Source: Thermodesulfovibrionales bacterium
Lineage (GTDB): Bacteria > Nitrospirota > Thermodesulfovibrionia > Thermodesulfovibrionales > UBA6898
Length of the DNA stretch: 20,971 nucleotides
Direction of reading: 5' to 3'
NCBI GenBank assembly: GCA_044450345.1
Contig: JBIOIY010000054.1
Coordinates: 1 to 20,971, forward strand
Of the stretch, positions 1 to 9,034 are shown in pieces (position 1 is the stretch's first letter; each line of letters opens with the position of its first letter). Both the position numbers and the translations under genes were made by a program. The notes below the pieces were generated by a model that made no database searches, was not told the DNA's origin, and was given only the letters and a program-made list of their open reading frames with translations.

Positions 1-80
1 AATCGCTTTCCGCGAGCCCACATCGCTATTGCGGCTTGTTCCTCCGGAGATAAAACAATCTGCGCTGCTGTTCGGCTCAT
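1..80 (-). CDS. IS630-family transposase, N-terminal 26 codons (partial)
   Basis: Manual translation from ATG at 80 gives MSRTAAQIVLSPEEQAAIAMWARGKR, resembling the 'I.LS.EE...L..WAR' start of IS630 transposases. It is too short for the ORF track. Confidence 0.7.
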   Translation of the reverse strand, partial: MSRTAAQIVLSPEEQAAIAMWARGKR

Positions 81-87
81 GTATTAC

Positions 88-116
88 AGTGTACATGCTT
101 TTCCTGTATATGTAAA
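88..116 (-). promoter_or_regulatory. Putative sigma70 promoter of the IS transposase
   Basis: TTTACA (116-111), a 17 nt spacer, TACACT (93-88), then ATG 7 nt downstream with no Shine-Dalgarno. Confidence 0.5.
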
Positions 117-117
117 G

Positions 118-777
118 CTATTTCTGTAGCACTACACTAGATAGCGAAAACACCGTTTGGATATCACCCGCTACGATGTAACCGCCATCAGGAGTCTGAC
201 GGACAGCCTTTGCGCCTTCTGCTTTTGCACTGTTTCCAATGGCCTTCTGCCACTGAATATTCCCGTTTCCATCGAGTTTCAATATCCATGCGTCACCATT
301 GTCGGCGCCAATAGATGTTGAACCAGCAACGATATACCCACCATCGGCAGTCTGCAGGATAGATTGGACAGTACCACCATAAGTCTTCTGCCACTGAATA
401 TTACCGTTTGCATCGAGTTTCAATATCCATCCATCATTAAATCCATCGCCAAAAGAATATGTAGTGCCGGCCACGATATATCCGCCATCAGTCGTCTGCT
501 GTAATGAATTGGCCCAATCATCAGCAATGCCGCCGTAAGTCTTCTGCCATTGGATATTCCCGTCCTTATCCAGTTTAAAAAGCCAGAGATCCTCGCCCAA
601 AGTCTCAGTCGACATGGCACTGCCGGCTACAATGAAACCTCCGTCGGTGGTCTGTTGCACAGCGCTTGCGCCAAATGAGCCAGTGTCCCCGTATGCCTTT
701 GACCATTAGGATGCATGAGTTATCGAGGGAATAAGTCCTAACAGCATACTTAATATCAAAGCCCTGAAAACCTTCAT
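118..777 (-). pseudogene. Secreted beta-propeller repeat protein (QQTxDGGYIVAG / WILKLDxNGNIQWQK repeats), disrupted
   Basis: AGGAG RBS and ATG at 777 give the signal peptide MKVFRALILSMLLGLIPSITHA. An in-frame TAA follows at 708-706 (codon 24), and the frame continues WSKAYG into the listed 118..660 ORF. The 3' end is cut by the IS630 end at about 139. Confidence 0.8.
244..586. repeat. Intragenic propeller-blade DNA repeats
   Basis: Units beginning CTTCTGCCA(C/T)TG(A/G)ATATT at 244, 385 and 541, spaced 141 and 156 bp (47 and 52 aa). The first two are near-identical over about 45 bp. Confidence 0.8.
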
Positions 778-943
778 CGCTATTTCTCCTTTGATATTTA
801 TCACTTTTAAGGATATTCTTAGCTCGGAAAAGGCAGAGCTATTGTGTGGCGATTTTTTATAAAGGTTAGAAAATAAGCGCATAATTCAGGCCACTTTTCA
901 TACCTTGAGTTCTAAATCCGGCCTTCATCTTTCCCCAAGTCGA

Positions 944-972
944 ACCTTATCAAATTATAATTACTATGTCAA
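944..972 (-). promoter_or_regulatory. Putative sigma70 promoter upstream of the propeller pseudogene
   Basis: TTGACA (972-967), a 17 nt spacer, TAAGGT (949-944), in AT-rich intergenic DNA. Confidence 0.4.
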
Positions 973-1150
973 GCGAAAATGGGTTCAGGACTTTGAAACT
1001 GCTGCAGATTATCATTACCGTATTATCTAACCAATTTATAACACAGTAGTATAATATCAACATGATCATTGACACTGAAACATCGCTGCAGCATAACATT
1101 GCCTCGTTGTTATTCCGATAGATAGCAAATATGCCGTTGTCTTGCTTATT

Positions 1151-2515
1151 CTACTTATTGACCGGAACGGAGACCGGGTTGAACTTCTCTACGAAGCTCG
1201 TGGTGAAAATGCCGTTATAGAAGTCCGGGTCGTTAAGGACCTTTTTATGGAAGGGGATCGTCGTCTTTATGCCCTCGATGATAAATTCGTCGAGCGCCCT
1301 CTTCATCCTGGAGATCGCCTCTGCCCTGTCCCTGCCGTGGACGATGAGTTTAGCGACTAGGGAATCGTAATGCGGGGGGATAACGCAGCCGTTATATGCG
1401 GCGGTGTCGACCCTCACCCCTGGACCTCCGGGGAGGGACATGAAGGTGATCTTCCCGGGGCAGGGGATGAACCTCTCCGGGTCCTCGGCGTTGATCCTGC
1501 ATTCTATCGCATGTCCCGAGAGCTTTATCTGTGTCTGCTTCCTTTCAAGCGGAAAGCCCGCCGCTATCCTGATCTGTTCCTTGACTATGTCGATGCCGCT
1601 CACATATTCCGTGACCGGGTGCTCGACCTGCAGGCGGGTGTTCATCTCCATGAAATAGATGTTGCCCTCACTGTCTACGATGAACTCGACGGTGCCGGCA
1701 TTCTTATATTTGGTCGCCTTTGCGGCCTTGACCGCGTATTCCCCGATCTTTTTCCTGAACTTCTCAGTGGCGATGGGCGAGGGCGACTCCTCGATCAGTT
1801 TTTGGTGTCTCCTCTGGATCGAGCAGTCCCTCTCGCCAAGGTGCAATACGTCGCCCTTGATGTCTGCGATTATCTGGACCTCGACATGCCTGGTCTCCGG
1901 TATATATTTTTCGATGTAGAGTTCCCCGTTGCCGAAGGCGGTGAGGGCCTCCCTCTGGGCCATGAAGTATAATTTATCAAGCTCCTCTTCGGAATGTGCG
2001 ACCCGCATCCCCCTTCCTCCGCCGCCTGCAGAGGCCTTGATGATTACCGGAAACCCGATCTTCTTCGCGACCTTGAGGGCCGCCTCCTCAGAAACGACCG
2101 CGCCTTCGCTTCCCGGGACGACCGGAACGCCCCTGCGCTTCATCACCTGCCTGGCCTTTGCCTTGTCGCCGCCGAGCCTGATCGATTCCGGTGACGGACC
2201 GATGAACGTAATGCCCGACGTAAGACACGCCTCGGCGAAATGGGGGTTCTCGGACAGGAAGCCGTATCCCGGGTGTATCGCCTCGGAATCGGTGATCTCC
2301 GCGGACGTGAGGATGCTGGGGATGTTATTATAGCTCTGCGCGGAGCTTGCAGGGCCGATGCAGATGGACTCATCCGCGAACTTCGTATGGAGGGAGTCCT
2401 TGTCTACGTCGGAATAGACTGCGACCGTCTTGATCCCGAGTTCCTTGCAGGCCCTTATTATCCTGACCGCGATCTCCCCGCGGTTGGCGATGAGTATCTT
2501 CTTAAACAATCTCAT
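1151..2515 (-). CDS. accC: Acetyl-CoA carboxylase, biotin carboxylase subunit
   Basis: [39 protein letters not shown] and [10 protein letters not shown] motifs; adjacent to accB. Confidence 0.97.
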   Translation of the reverse strand: MRLFKKILIANRGEIAVRIIRACKELGIKTVAVYSDVDKDSLHTKFADESICIGPASSAQSYNNIPSILTSAEITDSEAIHPGYGFLSENPHFAEACLTSGITFIGPSPESIRLGGDKAKARQVMKRRGVPVVPGSEGAVVSEEAALKVAKKIGFPVIIKASAGGGGRGMRVAHSEEELDKLYFMAQREALTAFGNGELYIEKYIPETRHVEVQIIADIKGDVLHLGERDCSIQRRHQKLIEESPSPIATEKFRKKIGEYAVKAAKATKYKNAGTVEFIVDSEGNIYFMEMNTRLQVEHPVTEYVSGIDIVKEQIRIAAGFPLERKQTQIKLSGHAIECRINAEDPERFIPCPGKITFMSLPGGPGVRVDTAAYNGCVIPPHYDSLVAKLIVHGRDRAEAISRMKRALDEFIIEGIKTTIPFHKKVLNDPDFYNGIFTTSFVEKFNPVSVPVNK

Positions 2516-2946
2516 AACGGTTCGATAAGAAAAAGGGGCTCGCCGTATTCAACGGGCTGTCCGTTTTCCACAAGGGCCTTCACCACGATCCCGTCGGTCT
2601 CGCTCTCTATCTCGTTCATGAGCTTCATCGCCTCGATGATGCAGAGGACCTGGCCTTTCTTGATCCTCACGCCCACTTCGATAAAAACCGGAGCGTCAGG
2701 GGAGGGCGACCGGTAAAAGGTGCCCACAATGGGGGAGGTGACCGTGATCAGCCTCTGGGTCTCATCCTCGGTCTCCTTTAAGATCGTTTCCTGCAGGGAA
2801 GGGGACTTATGGGAAGGGATGTCGACGGAAGAAAAAATCTTTTCCCTCTTGATCTTCACTTTCGTACCGTCTTTTTCCACCACCAGCTCGGTGATATCGG
2901 TCTCTTTGAGAAGTTCGATCAGGCCCTTCAGGTCCTCAAGTTCCAT
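2512..2946 (-). CDS. accB: Biotin carboxyl carrier protein
   Basis: [13 protein letters not shown], the biotinylation motif EAMKLMNEI and the C-terminal VEYGEPLF. Confidence 0.97.
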   Translation of the reverse strand: MELEDLKGLIELLKETDITELVVEKDGTKVKIKREKIFSSVDIPSHKSPSLQETILKETEDETQRLITVTSPIVGTFYRSPSPDAPVFIEVGVRIKKGQVLCIIEAMKLMNEIESETDGIVVKALVENGQPVEYGEPLFLIEPL

Positions 2947-3506
2947 TATTTTACCCTTTCTATGTATTCAGACGTCCTTGTGTCGACCTTGATGGTATCT
3001 CCTTCGTTTATGTGAAAAGGGACCCGGACGACCGCGCCTGTTTCAAGTGTCGCGGGTTTTCCGCCGCCGGATGCGGTGTCTCCCTTGAACCCGGGGTCGG
3101 TTTTGACGATGACGAGTTCGATAAACGTAGGCAGTTCGACATTGAGCGGCTCTCCTTTATAGGTAAGGATCTTCACCTCGGTATTTTCCTTCAGGAAGAC
3201 TTTCGAGTTGCCGAGCTGGACCGCGGTGAGAGGCACCTGCTCGAAGGTTTCCTGGTCCATAAAGTAATACAGATCGTCCTGCATGTAAAGGTACTGCATC
3301 TTTCTCTCTTCGAGCTCCGGGGTGGCGAACTTTTCGCCCGACCTGATCGTTTCTTCTATCACCGAGCCGGTCTTGATATTCTTCATCTTTGTTTTCATGA
3401 CGGCGCCGCCCCTGCCCATCTTCACGTGCTGAAAATCAATGATCTCGTACGGGTCGCCCTTATACTCCATTTTCAAGCCTTTTCTGAAATCCGATGTTGA
3501 AATCAA
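2946..3506 (-). CDS. efp: Elongation factor P (Arg32 type)
   Basis: TTG start with [18 protein letters not shown] loop; [32 protein letters not shown]. Confidence 0.97.
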   Translation of the reverse strand: MISTSDFRKGLKMEYKGDPYEIIDFQHVKMGRGGAVMKTKMKNIKTGSVIEETIRSGEKFATPELEERKMQYLYMQDDLYYFMDQETFEQVPLTAVQLGNSKVFLKENTEVKILTYKGEPLNVELPTFIELVIVKTDPGFKGDTASGGGKPATLETGAVVRVPFHINEGDTIKVDTRTSEYIERVK

Positions 3507-3530
3507 CTGTTATTTCCTCCTGGTGCTTAT

Positions 3531-4589
3531 TTATAGTATCTCAAGTTCCTTGGGAAGCGTCGTCATTACCCTGCAGCCTTTGCTGCCGGCGGCGACCATG
3601 TCTTCTATGCGAACTCCGCCGAGACCGGGCAGATAAATTCCGGGCTCGACCGTAAAGACCATACCCGTCTTTACCGACTCCCTTCCCAGTCTTGAAATAC
3701 GGGGGAGTTCATGGACGTTGAGTCCGACTCCGTGGCCGGTACCGTGACCGAAGAAATCTTCGAATCCCGCTTTATTTATTACATCTCTGGCGGCCTTGTC
3801 GACCAGCCGTGCAGGGACCCCGTCCCTCACCGCCTCTATCCCCGCACGGTTCGCCCTGAGGACAGTCTGATATATTTCCTTCTTTTTCGCAAGGCCCGAA
3901 CCGTTCATCAGGAAGGTCCTTGTCATGTCGGAATAGTAGCCGCCGGCTTCTCCGCCCCAGTCGACCACGACGAGATCTCCGGCCCTGATCTTGTTATCTC
4001 CGGGCTTTGCGTGCGGCATAGATGAGTTCGCTCCCCCCGCAATTATTATATCAAATGGAAGAGAGACGCAGCCGTTTTTCTTCAGCGCTTCTTCGAGCCT
4101 CGTGGCGAGTTGGACCTCTTTTACGCCCTCCCTTATATGGGGCCGTATTTCGGAGAAGGCCTTTTCCGCCCTCATTACGGCCTTGCCTATCAGGTCCAAC
4201 TCGGTCCGGTCCTTGATCCTGCGCATGTCCTCCGCTAAATTCGTTACGGCACGCACCGGCACTCCCTTTCTGAGGAGTGATCTGTAAAAGGCATAGGAGG
4301 CGGTCGATTCGAACCCGAGTGTCCTGATACCCAGCGACTTCGCCTTCTCCAGGACCAGGCGCGGCCTCTCTTCCTTTTCGATGAAGATATCGAATCCGCG
4401 CACCTCTTTTCCGGACTGTTCCTCGTAACGGAAATCCGTGAAGAAGAAACAATGCTTCCGCGTGATGAGAAGACACGCCGACGACCCTGTGAAGCCCGAG
4501 AGGTACCTGATGTTCTTCAGGTCTGTGATAATGATCCCATCGACGCCCTTTGCAGCGAGGGCATCGGTTATCGCGGCGAGCCGGTTCAT
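3531..4589 (-). CDS. Xaa-Pro peptidase, M24B family
   Basis: N-terminal creatinase-like domain (RYLSGFTGS, TDFRY) and metal-ligand motifs DWG, YxSDMTRT, HGTGHGVG, EPGIY and GVRIED. The aroQ-peptidase-efp order is typical. Confidence 0.93.
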   Translation of the reverse strand: MNRLAAITDALAAKGVDGIIITDLKNIRYLSGFTGSSACLLITRKHCFFFTDFRYEEQSGKEVRGFDIFIEKEERPRLVLEKAKSLGIRTLGFESTASYAFYRSLLRKGVPVRAVTNLAEDMRRIKDRTELDLIGKAVMRAEKAFSEIRPHIREGVKEVQLATRLEEALKKNGCVSLPFDIIIAGGANSSMPHAKPGDNKIRAGDLVVVDWGGEAGGYYSDMTRTFLMNGSGLAKKKEIYQTVLRANRAGIEAVRDGVPARLVDKAARDVINKAGFEDFFGHGTGHGVGLNVHELPRISRLGRESVKTGMVFTVEPGIYLPGLGGVRIEDMVAAGSKGCRVMTTLPKELEIL

Positions 4590-5014
4590 TGCGACAGGAT
4601 TTTTTTTGCGGCCCTTACCGCCAGCAGGTAGCCCTCTGCGCCGAGACCGCTGATCTGGCCTGCAGCGACCCCGGAAACATAAGAGTGTTTCCGGAAGTCC
4701 TCCCGTTTGTATATGTTCGAGATGTGGACTTCTATCGCCGGTTTACCCACCGCCGCGATCGCGTCCCGTATGGCAATGCTCGTATGCGTGTAGGCTGCGG
4801 GATTAATGATGAGCAGGTCGTATGTCCCCGTCTGGATCGCATCGACGATAGATCCCTCGCTGTTGGACTGCAGCACTTCAGCCTCCATGCCGAGTTCGGT
4901 GCAGAGCGAGCGGATCCTGCCGTTCAGCTCGTCGAGAGAGTCCCGGCCATAAATTCCCGTCTCTCTTTTTCCGAGAAGGTTCAAGTTGGGTCCGTGTATT
5001 ATGAGAATTTTCAT
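4586..5014 (-). CDS. aroQ: Type II 3-dehydroquinate dehydratase
   Basis: HGPNLNLLGKRE, INPAAYTHTSIAIRDA and EVHISNIYKRE motifs. Confidence 0.97.
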   Translation of the reverse strand: MKILIIHGPNLNLLGKRETGIYGRDSLDELNGRIRSLCTELGMEAEVLQSNSEGSIVDAIQTGTYDLLIINPAAYTHTSIAIRDAIAAVGKPAIEVHISNIYKREDFRKHSYVSGVAAGQISGLGAEGYLLAVRAAKKILSQ

Positions 5015-5082
5015 ATTCGGATTTAAAGAACGTTCACGCTGTTCGGACCGTCCGGACTTTTCAAACGGCTTGAACTGTTATT

Positions 5083-5439
5083 TTAGAACTCTCCCTCTAT
5101 TTTCGGGATCGCAGTCTTGAGAATGAACCGCCCCTTTCCGTAGTTGCCGTCGGGCTTGATGACAAGGGCGAAATAATAGTCGTTATTTATCTTCCGCATG
5201 ATAATGCCGCACATGTCGGAGATGATGGAAAATTCACGCGCCTCGCCGAGCCCCAGGTTTTCCGCGGCAAGCCCGACATCCCTTATCATTGCGGACGCCT
5301 CGGCCCCCAGACCGGTCAGGTCTATGAGCTTCTCAGAAACATATTCTTCTACGGGGATCCCGTCGGACGCTATTATCATGGCGGAAACGGCCCCGTCGAC
5401 CTTGTCTACCGTTTCTTTAAGGACTTCTGTGAAACTCAT
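5083..5439 (-). CDS. mglC: Roadblock/LC7 protein, MglC-like
   Basis: 118 aa. MSF...VDGA...SDGI and C-terminal GNYGKGRFIL match the register of Myxococcus MglC as I recall it (D26, I28). It lies upstream of efp-accB-accC, the recalled mglC neighbourhood. Confidence 0.75.
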   Translation of the reverse strand: MSFTEVLKETVDKVDGAVSAMIIASDGIPVEEYVSEKLIDLTGLGAEASAMIRDVGLAAENLGLGEAREFSIISDMCGIIMRKINNDYYFALVIKPDGNYGKGRFILKTAIPKIEGEF

Positions 5440-6481
5440 CGCGCCTCTTTTGGATGCCTTTCAAAAATTCGTCCAACATCGCTATCAACGTCTCTTTGTC
5501 TTTTCCCATGAGTTTGAGGAGGACTTTCAGCTCCTCCATCCGCTGCAACACCTTCTTATTGCCGGGGTCCGTTGAAAGCATGTTTCGATATATGGTTACT
5601 GCCCCGGGATAATTCCCTTCTGCGATAAAGCAGTTGGCGTCTTCCAGCCCTCTGCCTCCGGCCGCAGAAACAGGAGAAACGCTTCGGGCCCTTTCTTCTT
5701 CCCTATATTTTGCCGCCGCTGCACCTGTGTTCAGCTCCACGGGAATGTCCGCGAAGCGGGGGACTTCCGTCACGACGGCCTCGCCGACGTCTTCGAATGA
5801 GACCTCTTCTTGCAGCACATCTTCTTCGACGATCTCTATCGCCTCTTCTTCAGCATCATTGCCCGCTTCCTGATGCTCTGCAGCAGGTGATTTGTCTCCG
5901 AAGATCGAGTCCTTGAAGGCACTCAGCTCTTCTTCGTTATGAGGCGGAAGAGATATCTCCGGTATGGCCTCGACCCCGGCCTCTTCCTGACCTGCATCGG
6001 AGAGCGCTTCCTGAAACATGGAGGCGGCGTTATCGGTCTCCCCTTTCAATTCAGGCGCGGCTCCGACCTGCGCCAGCTCTTCTTCGCCTTCCAGGTCCCT
6101 GAGATTGGATGTCGCGTCGTCATCGAGGGCATTAAGTTTAAGCACTGTTTTATAGGAGCTGATCGAGAGCTCTTTTTCTCCGAGGTCCCTATAGATCTCG
6201 GCCAATTTCTTGTGGGCATACAGGTTGTCGGGTATGGATTTTATAACGTTTTCAAATTCCGAACGGGCCTGGTTCATCATGCCTTTTTCGAGGTATATCT
6301 TCCCCAGGGAGACCCTTGCGCTCATGTAGCCGGGCTGTCTTTCGATGCCGCCCAACAAGACTCTTATGGCCTCATCGAGCATGCCTTCTTTCTTGTATTC
6401 CTCGGCAAGAGGGACAAAGAGCTTCGAGTTTGGGTCCTTATCGACCCTTTCCTTTAATTTTTCTATATCTTTTAGCGACAT
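5417..6481 (-). CDS. Tetratricopeptide repeat protein with a long acidic linker
   Basis: N-terminal TPRs (FVPLAEEY, ARVSLGKIY, AHKKLAEIY), an E/D/A-rich middle region and a C-terminal TPR (AEGNYPGAVTIY). It overlaps the mglC start by 23 nt. Confidence 0.88.
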   Translation of the reverse strand: MSLKDIEKLKERVDKDPNSKLFVPLAEEYKKEGMLDEAIRVLLGGIERQPGYMSARVSLGKIYLEKGMMNQARSEFENVIKSIPDNLYAHKKLAEIYRDLGEKELSISSYKTVLKLNALDDDATSNLRDLEGEEELAQVGAAPELKGETDNAASMFQEALSDAGQEEAGVEAIPEISLPPHNEEELSAFKDSIFGDKSPAAEHQEAGNDAEEEAIEIVEEDVLQEEVSFEDVGEAVVTEVPRFADIPVELNTGAAAAKYREEERARSVSPVSAAGGRGLEDANCFIAEGNYPGAVTIYRNMLSTDPGNKKVLQRMEELKVLLKLMGKDKETLIAMLDEFLKGIQKRRDEFHRSP

Positions 6482-6493
6482 AACCCTGCCACT

Positions 6494-6522
6494 TTTTTAT
6501 CAAATCACGCCGATAAAGTCAA
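6494..6522 (-). promoter_or_regulatory. Possible internal promoter for TPR-mglC
   Basis: TTGACT (6522-6517, over the coaBC stop), a 17 nt spacer ending TGA, then TAAAAA (6499-6494). The -10 is imperfect. Confidence 0.3.
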
Positions 6523-7736
6523 GCTTTGATTTCCAGAAGTCTGTCAAGTATCGCATCGGAGACCCTGTCCTTGCCCGTCAATTCAAGTGCTGTTTTCCCA
6601 TTCTTGTCTATGATGACAACCCGGTTGGTATCTACGTCGAATCCCGCACCCGGTTCGGTGACATCATTGAAGACGATCATGTCCATTTTCTTGGTCTTCA
6701 TTTTCCCCTCCGCCCTAGAGATGTTGTCCCCTGTCTCCGCTGCAAATCCTATAATAAAAGGCCGTTTCTCAAACGCTGCGACTGTAGAGATGATGTCCTC
6801 TGTCGGGCGGAGCCGGATATTCATTTCCCCGGTCTTCTCAATCTTTGTATCCGATGTCGATGCCGGGGAGAAATCGGCGACCGCGGCGGCCATTATCAGG
6901 ACGGTTGTATCCGCCCCTACGGCCTTTTTTACCGCTTCCATCATTTCCGCAGATGTCTCGACTTGTACAAATGCGGTGCCCCCGGGGCCCTTCAGGGAGG
7001 AGGGACCGCTTATGAGGGTGACGTATGCGCCCCTGTTTCTTGCCGCCTTTGCCAGAGCAAATCCCATCTTGCCTGATGATCTGTTGGAGATGAACCTGAC
7101 CGGGTCGAGATATTCCCGGGTAGGTCCGGCGGTTATCACGATCTTTTCGCCGGAGAGGTCTTTTTCCGTGAGGACGGACTGCACAGCCTCGATAATCTCC
7201 GCCGTTTCCGCCATCCTGCCTATGCCTTCTTCCCCGCAGGCAAGGTCCCCTATTTCAGGGCCGACCTGGACAACCCCCAGCGACAGCAGTCTTTGAAGGT
7301 TTTCGCGAAAGATCCTGTTTTCGTACATCCTCCAGTTCATGGCAGGGGCGATCACGACCCTGCCCCGGTAAGAGAGGAAGCATGTGCTCAGGAGGTCGTC
7401 GGTGATGCCGTGGGCGAATTTCGCAATAGTGTTGGCGGTTGCCGGAGCGATGACCATCACGTCTGTATTGGCCGGCAGGGATATATGAGCCATCGGCTCA
7501 TCGAAAAGCGAGGTGTATACCTTGTTCTGCGAGGCGACCTCGAGGGAAAGGGGTGTTACGAACTGTTTGGCCGCCTCGGTCATCGCGACGACGACCGAGG
7601 CTCCTTCGTCTTTCAGTCTCCGAACAAGATCGATAGACTTGTAAGCGGCGACTCCTCCGGTAATGCCGAGTAATACGCGCTTATTCTTCAGAATCCTCAG
7701 AAGCTTCTTCCTTTTTCTCCGAGAAGAGCTCGTCAA
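6519..7736 (-). CDS. coaBC: Bifunctional phosphopantothenoylcysteine decarboxylase / phosphopantothenate-cysteine ligase (start uncertain)
   Basis: LLGITGGVAAYK, APATAN, PAMN, LACGEEGIGR, TAGPTRE.LDPVRFISNRSSGKMG and GFAAET motifs. Confidence 0.96.
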   Translation of the reverse strand: MTSSSRRKRKKLLRILKNKRVLLGITGGVAAYKSIDLVRRLKDEGASVVVAMTEAAKQFVTPLSLEVASQNKVYTSLFDEPMAHISLPANTDVMVIAPATANTIAKFAHGITDDLLSTCFLSYRGRVVIAPAMNWRMYENRIFRENLQRLLSLGVVQVGPEIGDLACGEEGIGRMAETAEIIEAVQSVLTEKDLSGEKIVITAGPTREYLDPVRFISNRSSGKMGFALAKAARNRGAYVTLISGPSSLKGPGGTAFVQVETSAEMMEAVKKAVGADTTVLIMAAAVADFSPASTSDTKIEKTGEMNIRLRPTEDIISTVAAFEKRPFIIGFAAETGDNISRAEGKMKTKKMDMIVFNDVTEPGAGFDVDTNRVVIIDKNGKTALELTGKDRVSDAILDRLLEIKA

Positions 7737-8088
7737 ATGCCTTCTTGTCCATCGTCTCCCTTTCGTGCAGGTAGACCTTCAGGTCTTTTTCGAGCTCGCT
7801 GAGGTCTTCACCGGCCGAAATTTTTCTGCTTTCTTCAAGAAGCTTTCTGTAGTCAAACTTGCCGGCCTCTTCTCTTGCCTTAACCGCTTCATCGCCGGTC
7901 AGAAATTCGAGTACGCCCTGGGCGGCCTCTTCGATAGCTATGGAAGTGACCTTCTTCGACTTTGTCTGTATCTTGGGCTTCGCCCCCAGCGAAAGGTCCT
8001 TGGCCCTCTGCGAAGCGATTGCAACCAGCCTGTATTTGCCGTCGATTTTAGAATTGTCGTACTCTACCGGCAGGGAAATGATGTCCAT
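7681..8088 (-). CDS. rpoZ: RNA polymerase omega subunit with C-terminal extension
   Basis: KYRLVAIASQRAKDL...KVTSIAIEE core; position between gmk and coaBC; GAGGAGG RBS. Confidence 0.9.
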   Translation of the reverse strand: MDIISLPVEYDNSKIDGKYRLVAIASQRAKDLSLGAKPKIQTKSKKVTSIAIEEAAQGVLEFLTGDEAVKAREEAGKFDYRKLLEESRKISAGEDLSELEKDLKVYLHERETMDKKAFDELFSEKKEEASEDSEE

Positions 8089-8098
8089 TCCTTCCTCC

Positions 8099-8746
8099 TC
8101 ATTTAAGAAAATTGTCCTTGATCCATTTCGGATCCATCTTACTGATACTGGCCCTTTGGGCCGTGATAACTGCGTCGAGTTTTTTAAGCGAGTCGTTTAA
8201 TACGTCGTTAACTATAACATAGTCATACATATTATCGCCCGTTTTCTGGTTCATCGCTTCTTTGATTTCTTGAACCGCCCTTTTAAGACGTCTGTCAATA
8301 TCTGTATCTTCTTTGGCATCATTGCTTTTCCGCTTCTCTAATCTGTCCCGCAGAACGTCCATGGAAGGCGGGAGTATAAAGATAAAAACCCCATCAGGGA
8401 AGGAACCTCTGATCTGTCTGGCTCCCTGCGTATCGATGTCCAGTATCACATCGAAGCCTGAACGCATGAGCACTTCAAGCATCTTTTTCGAGGTCCCGTA
8501 AAGGTTGCCGTGGACTTCGGCCCATTCCGCAAACTCCCCCCTGTCTATCATTTTTTGGAATGTACTTTTGTTTACAAACGTATAATCTACACCATCGACT
8601 TCACCCATCCTGGGCCGGCGGGTAGTGAAGGAAACTGACACCCTCAGGTTCTTTTCCTTCGCGATGATTTTATTTGCCAATGTCGTCTTGCCCGCTCCCG
8701 AAGGAGCGGATATGACGAAGATGCTCCCTTTAGTTTTCCTCTGCAA
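8099..8746 (-). CDS. gmk: Guanylate kinase
   Basis: P-loop [41 protein letters not shown] and FILPPS; TTG start. Confidence 0.97.
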   Translation of the reverse strand: MQRKTKGSIFVISAPSGAGKTTLANKIIAKEKNLRVSVSFTTRRPRMGEVDGVDYTFVNKSTFQKMIDRGEFAEWAEVHGNLYGTSKKMLEVLMRSGFDVILDIDTQGARQIRGSFPDGVFIFILPPSMDVLRDRLEKRKSNDAKEDTDIDRRLKRAVQEIKEAMNQKTGDNMYDYVIVNDVLNDSLKKLDAVITAQRASISKMDPKWIKDNFLK

Positions 8747-9011
8747 GGTCGTTCTTTCCTTCGAGGAACCTCTGGGTAATGGTCTCGGCCTGGAGCGCAG
8801 AGAGGATGATATGGTTGCTGTCGGTGACTATAATGGAGCGCGTGCGCCTGCCCTGTGTCGCATCGACGAGTTTCCTGTCTTTTTTTGCCTCTTCCCTCAT
8901 CCTCTTGATGGGCGCCGACCCCGGCGTCACAATAGCGACGACCTTGGATGATGCAACCACGTTTCCGAATCCGATATTGACGAGAACGGGACTTGTATCA
9001 CCTTTTTTCAT
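8730..9011 (-). CDS. remA: DUF370 / RemA-family protein
   Basis: LVNIGFGN...SAPIKR...[34 protein letters not shown] at 9011 follows GGAGAGG and is preferred over the GTG at 9017. The yicC-remA-gmk-rpoZ-coaBC order is conserved. Confidence 0.92.
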   Translation of the reverse strand: MKKGDTSPVLVNIGFGNVVASSKVVAIVTPGSAPIKRMREEAKKDRKLVDATQGRRTRSIIVTDSNHIILSALQAETITQRFLEGKNDLAEEN

Positions 9012-9034
9012 GTCCACCTCTCCATTTTCTGGGG

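Larger units (their letters stand above)
1..139 (-). mobile_element. Left end of an IS630-family insertion sequence (continues beyond the window start)
   Basis: The minus strand reads CTAGTGTAGTGCTACAGAAA from 140 downward, with a TA (138-139) inside CTAG. This resembles IS630-family termini and TA targets as I recall them. It is followed by a promoter and a transposase-like N-terminus, and the upstream propeller gene stops just inside it. The right end is not visible. Confidence 0.7.

Noticed and set aside
150..600. CRISPR array or DGR template/variable repeat pair
   Set aside because: The spacings are multiples of three and encode propeller blades. The differences are not adenine-specific, and no cas or reverse transcriptase gene is in the window.
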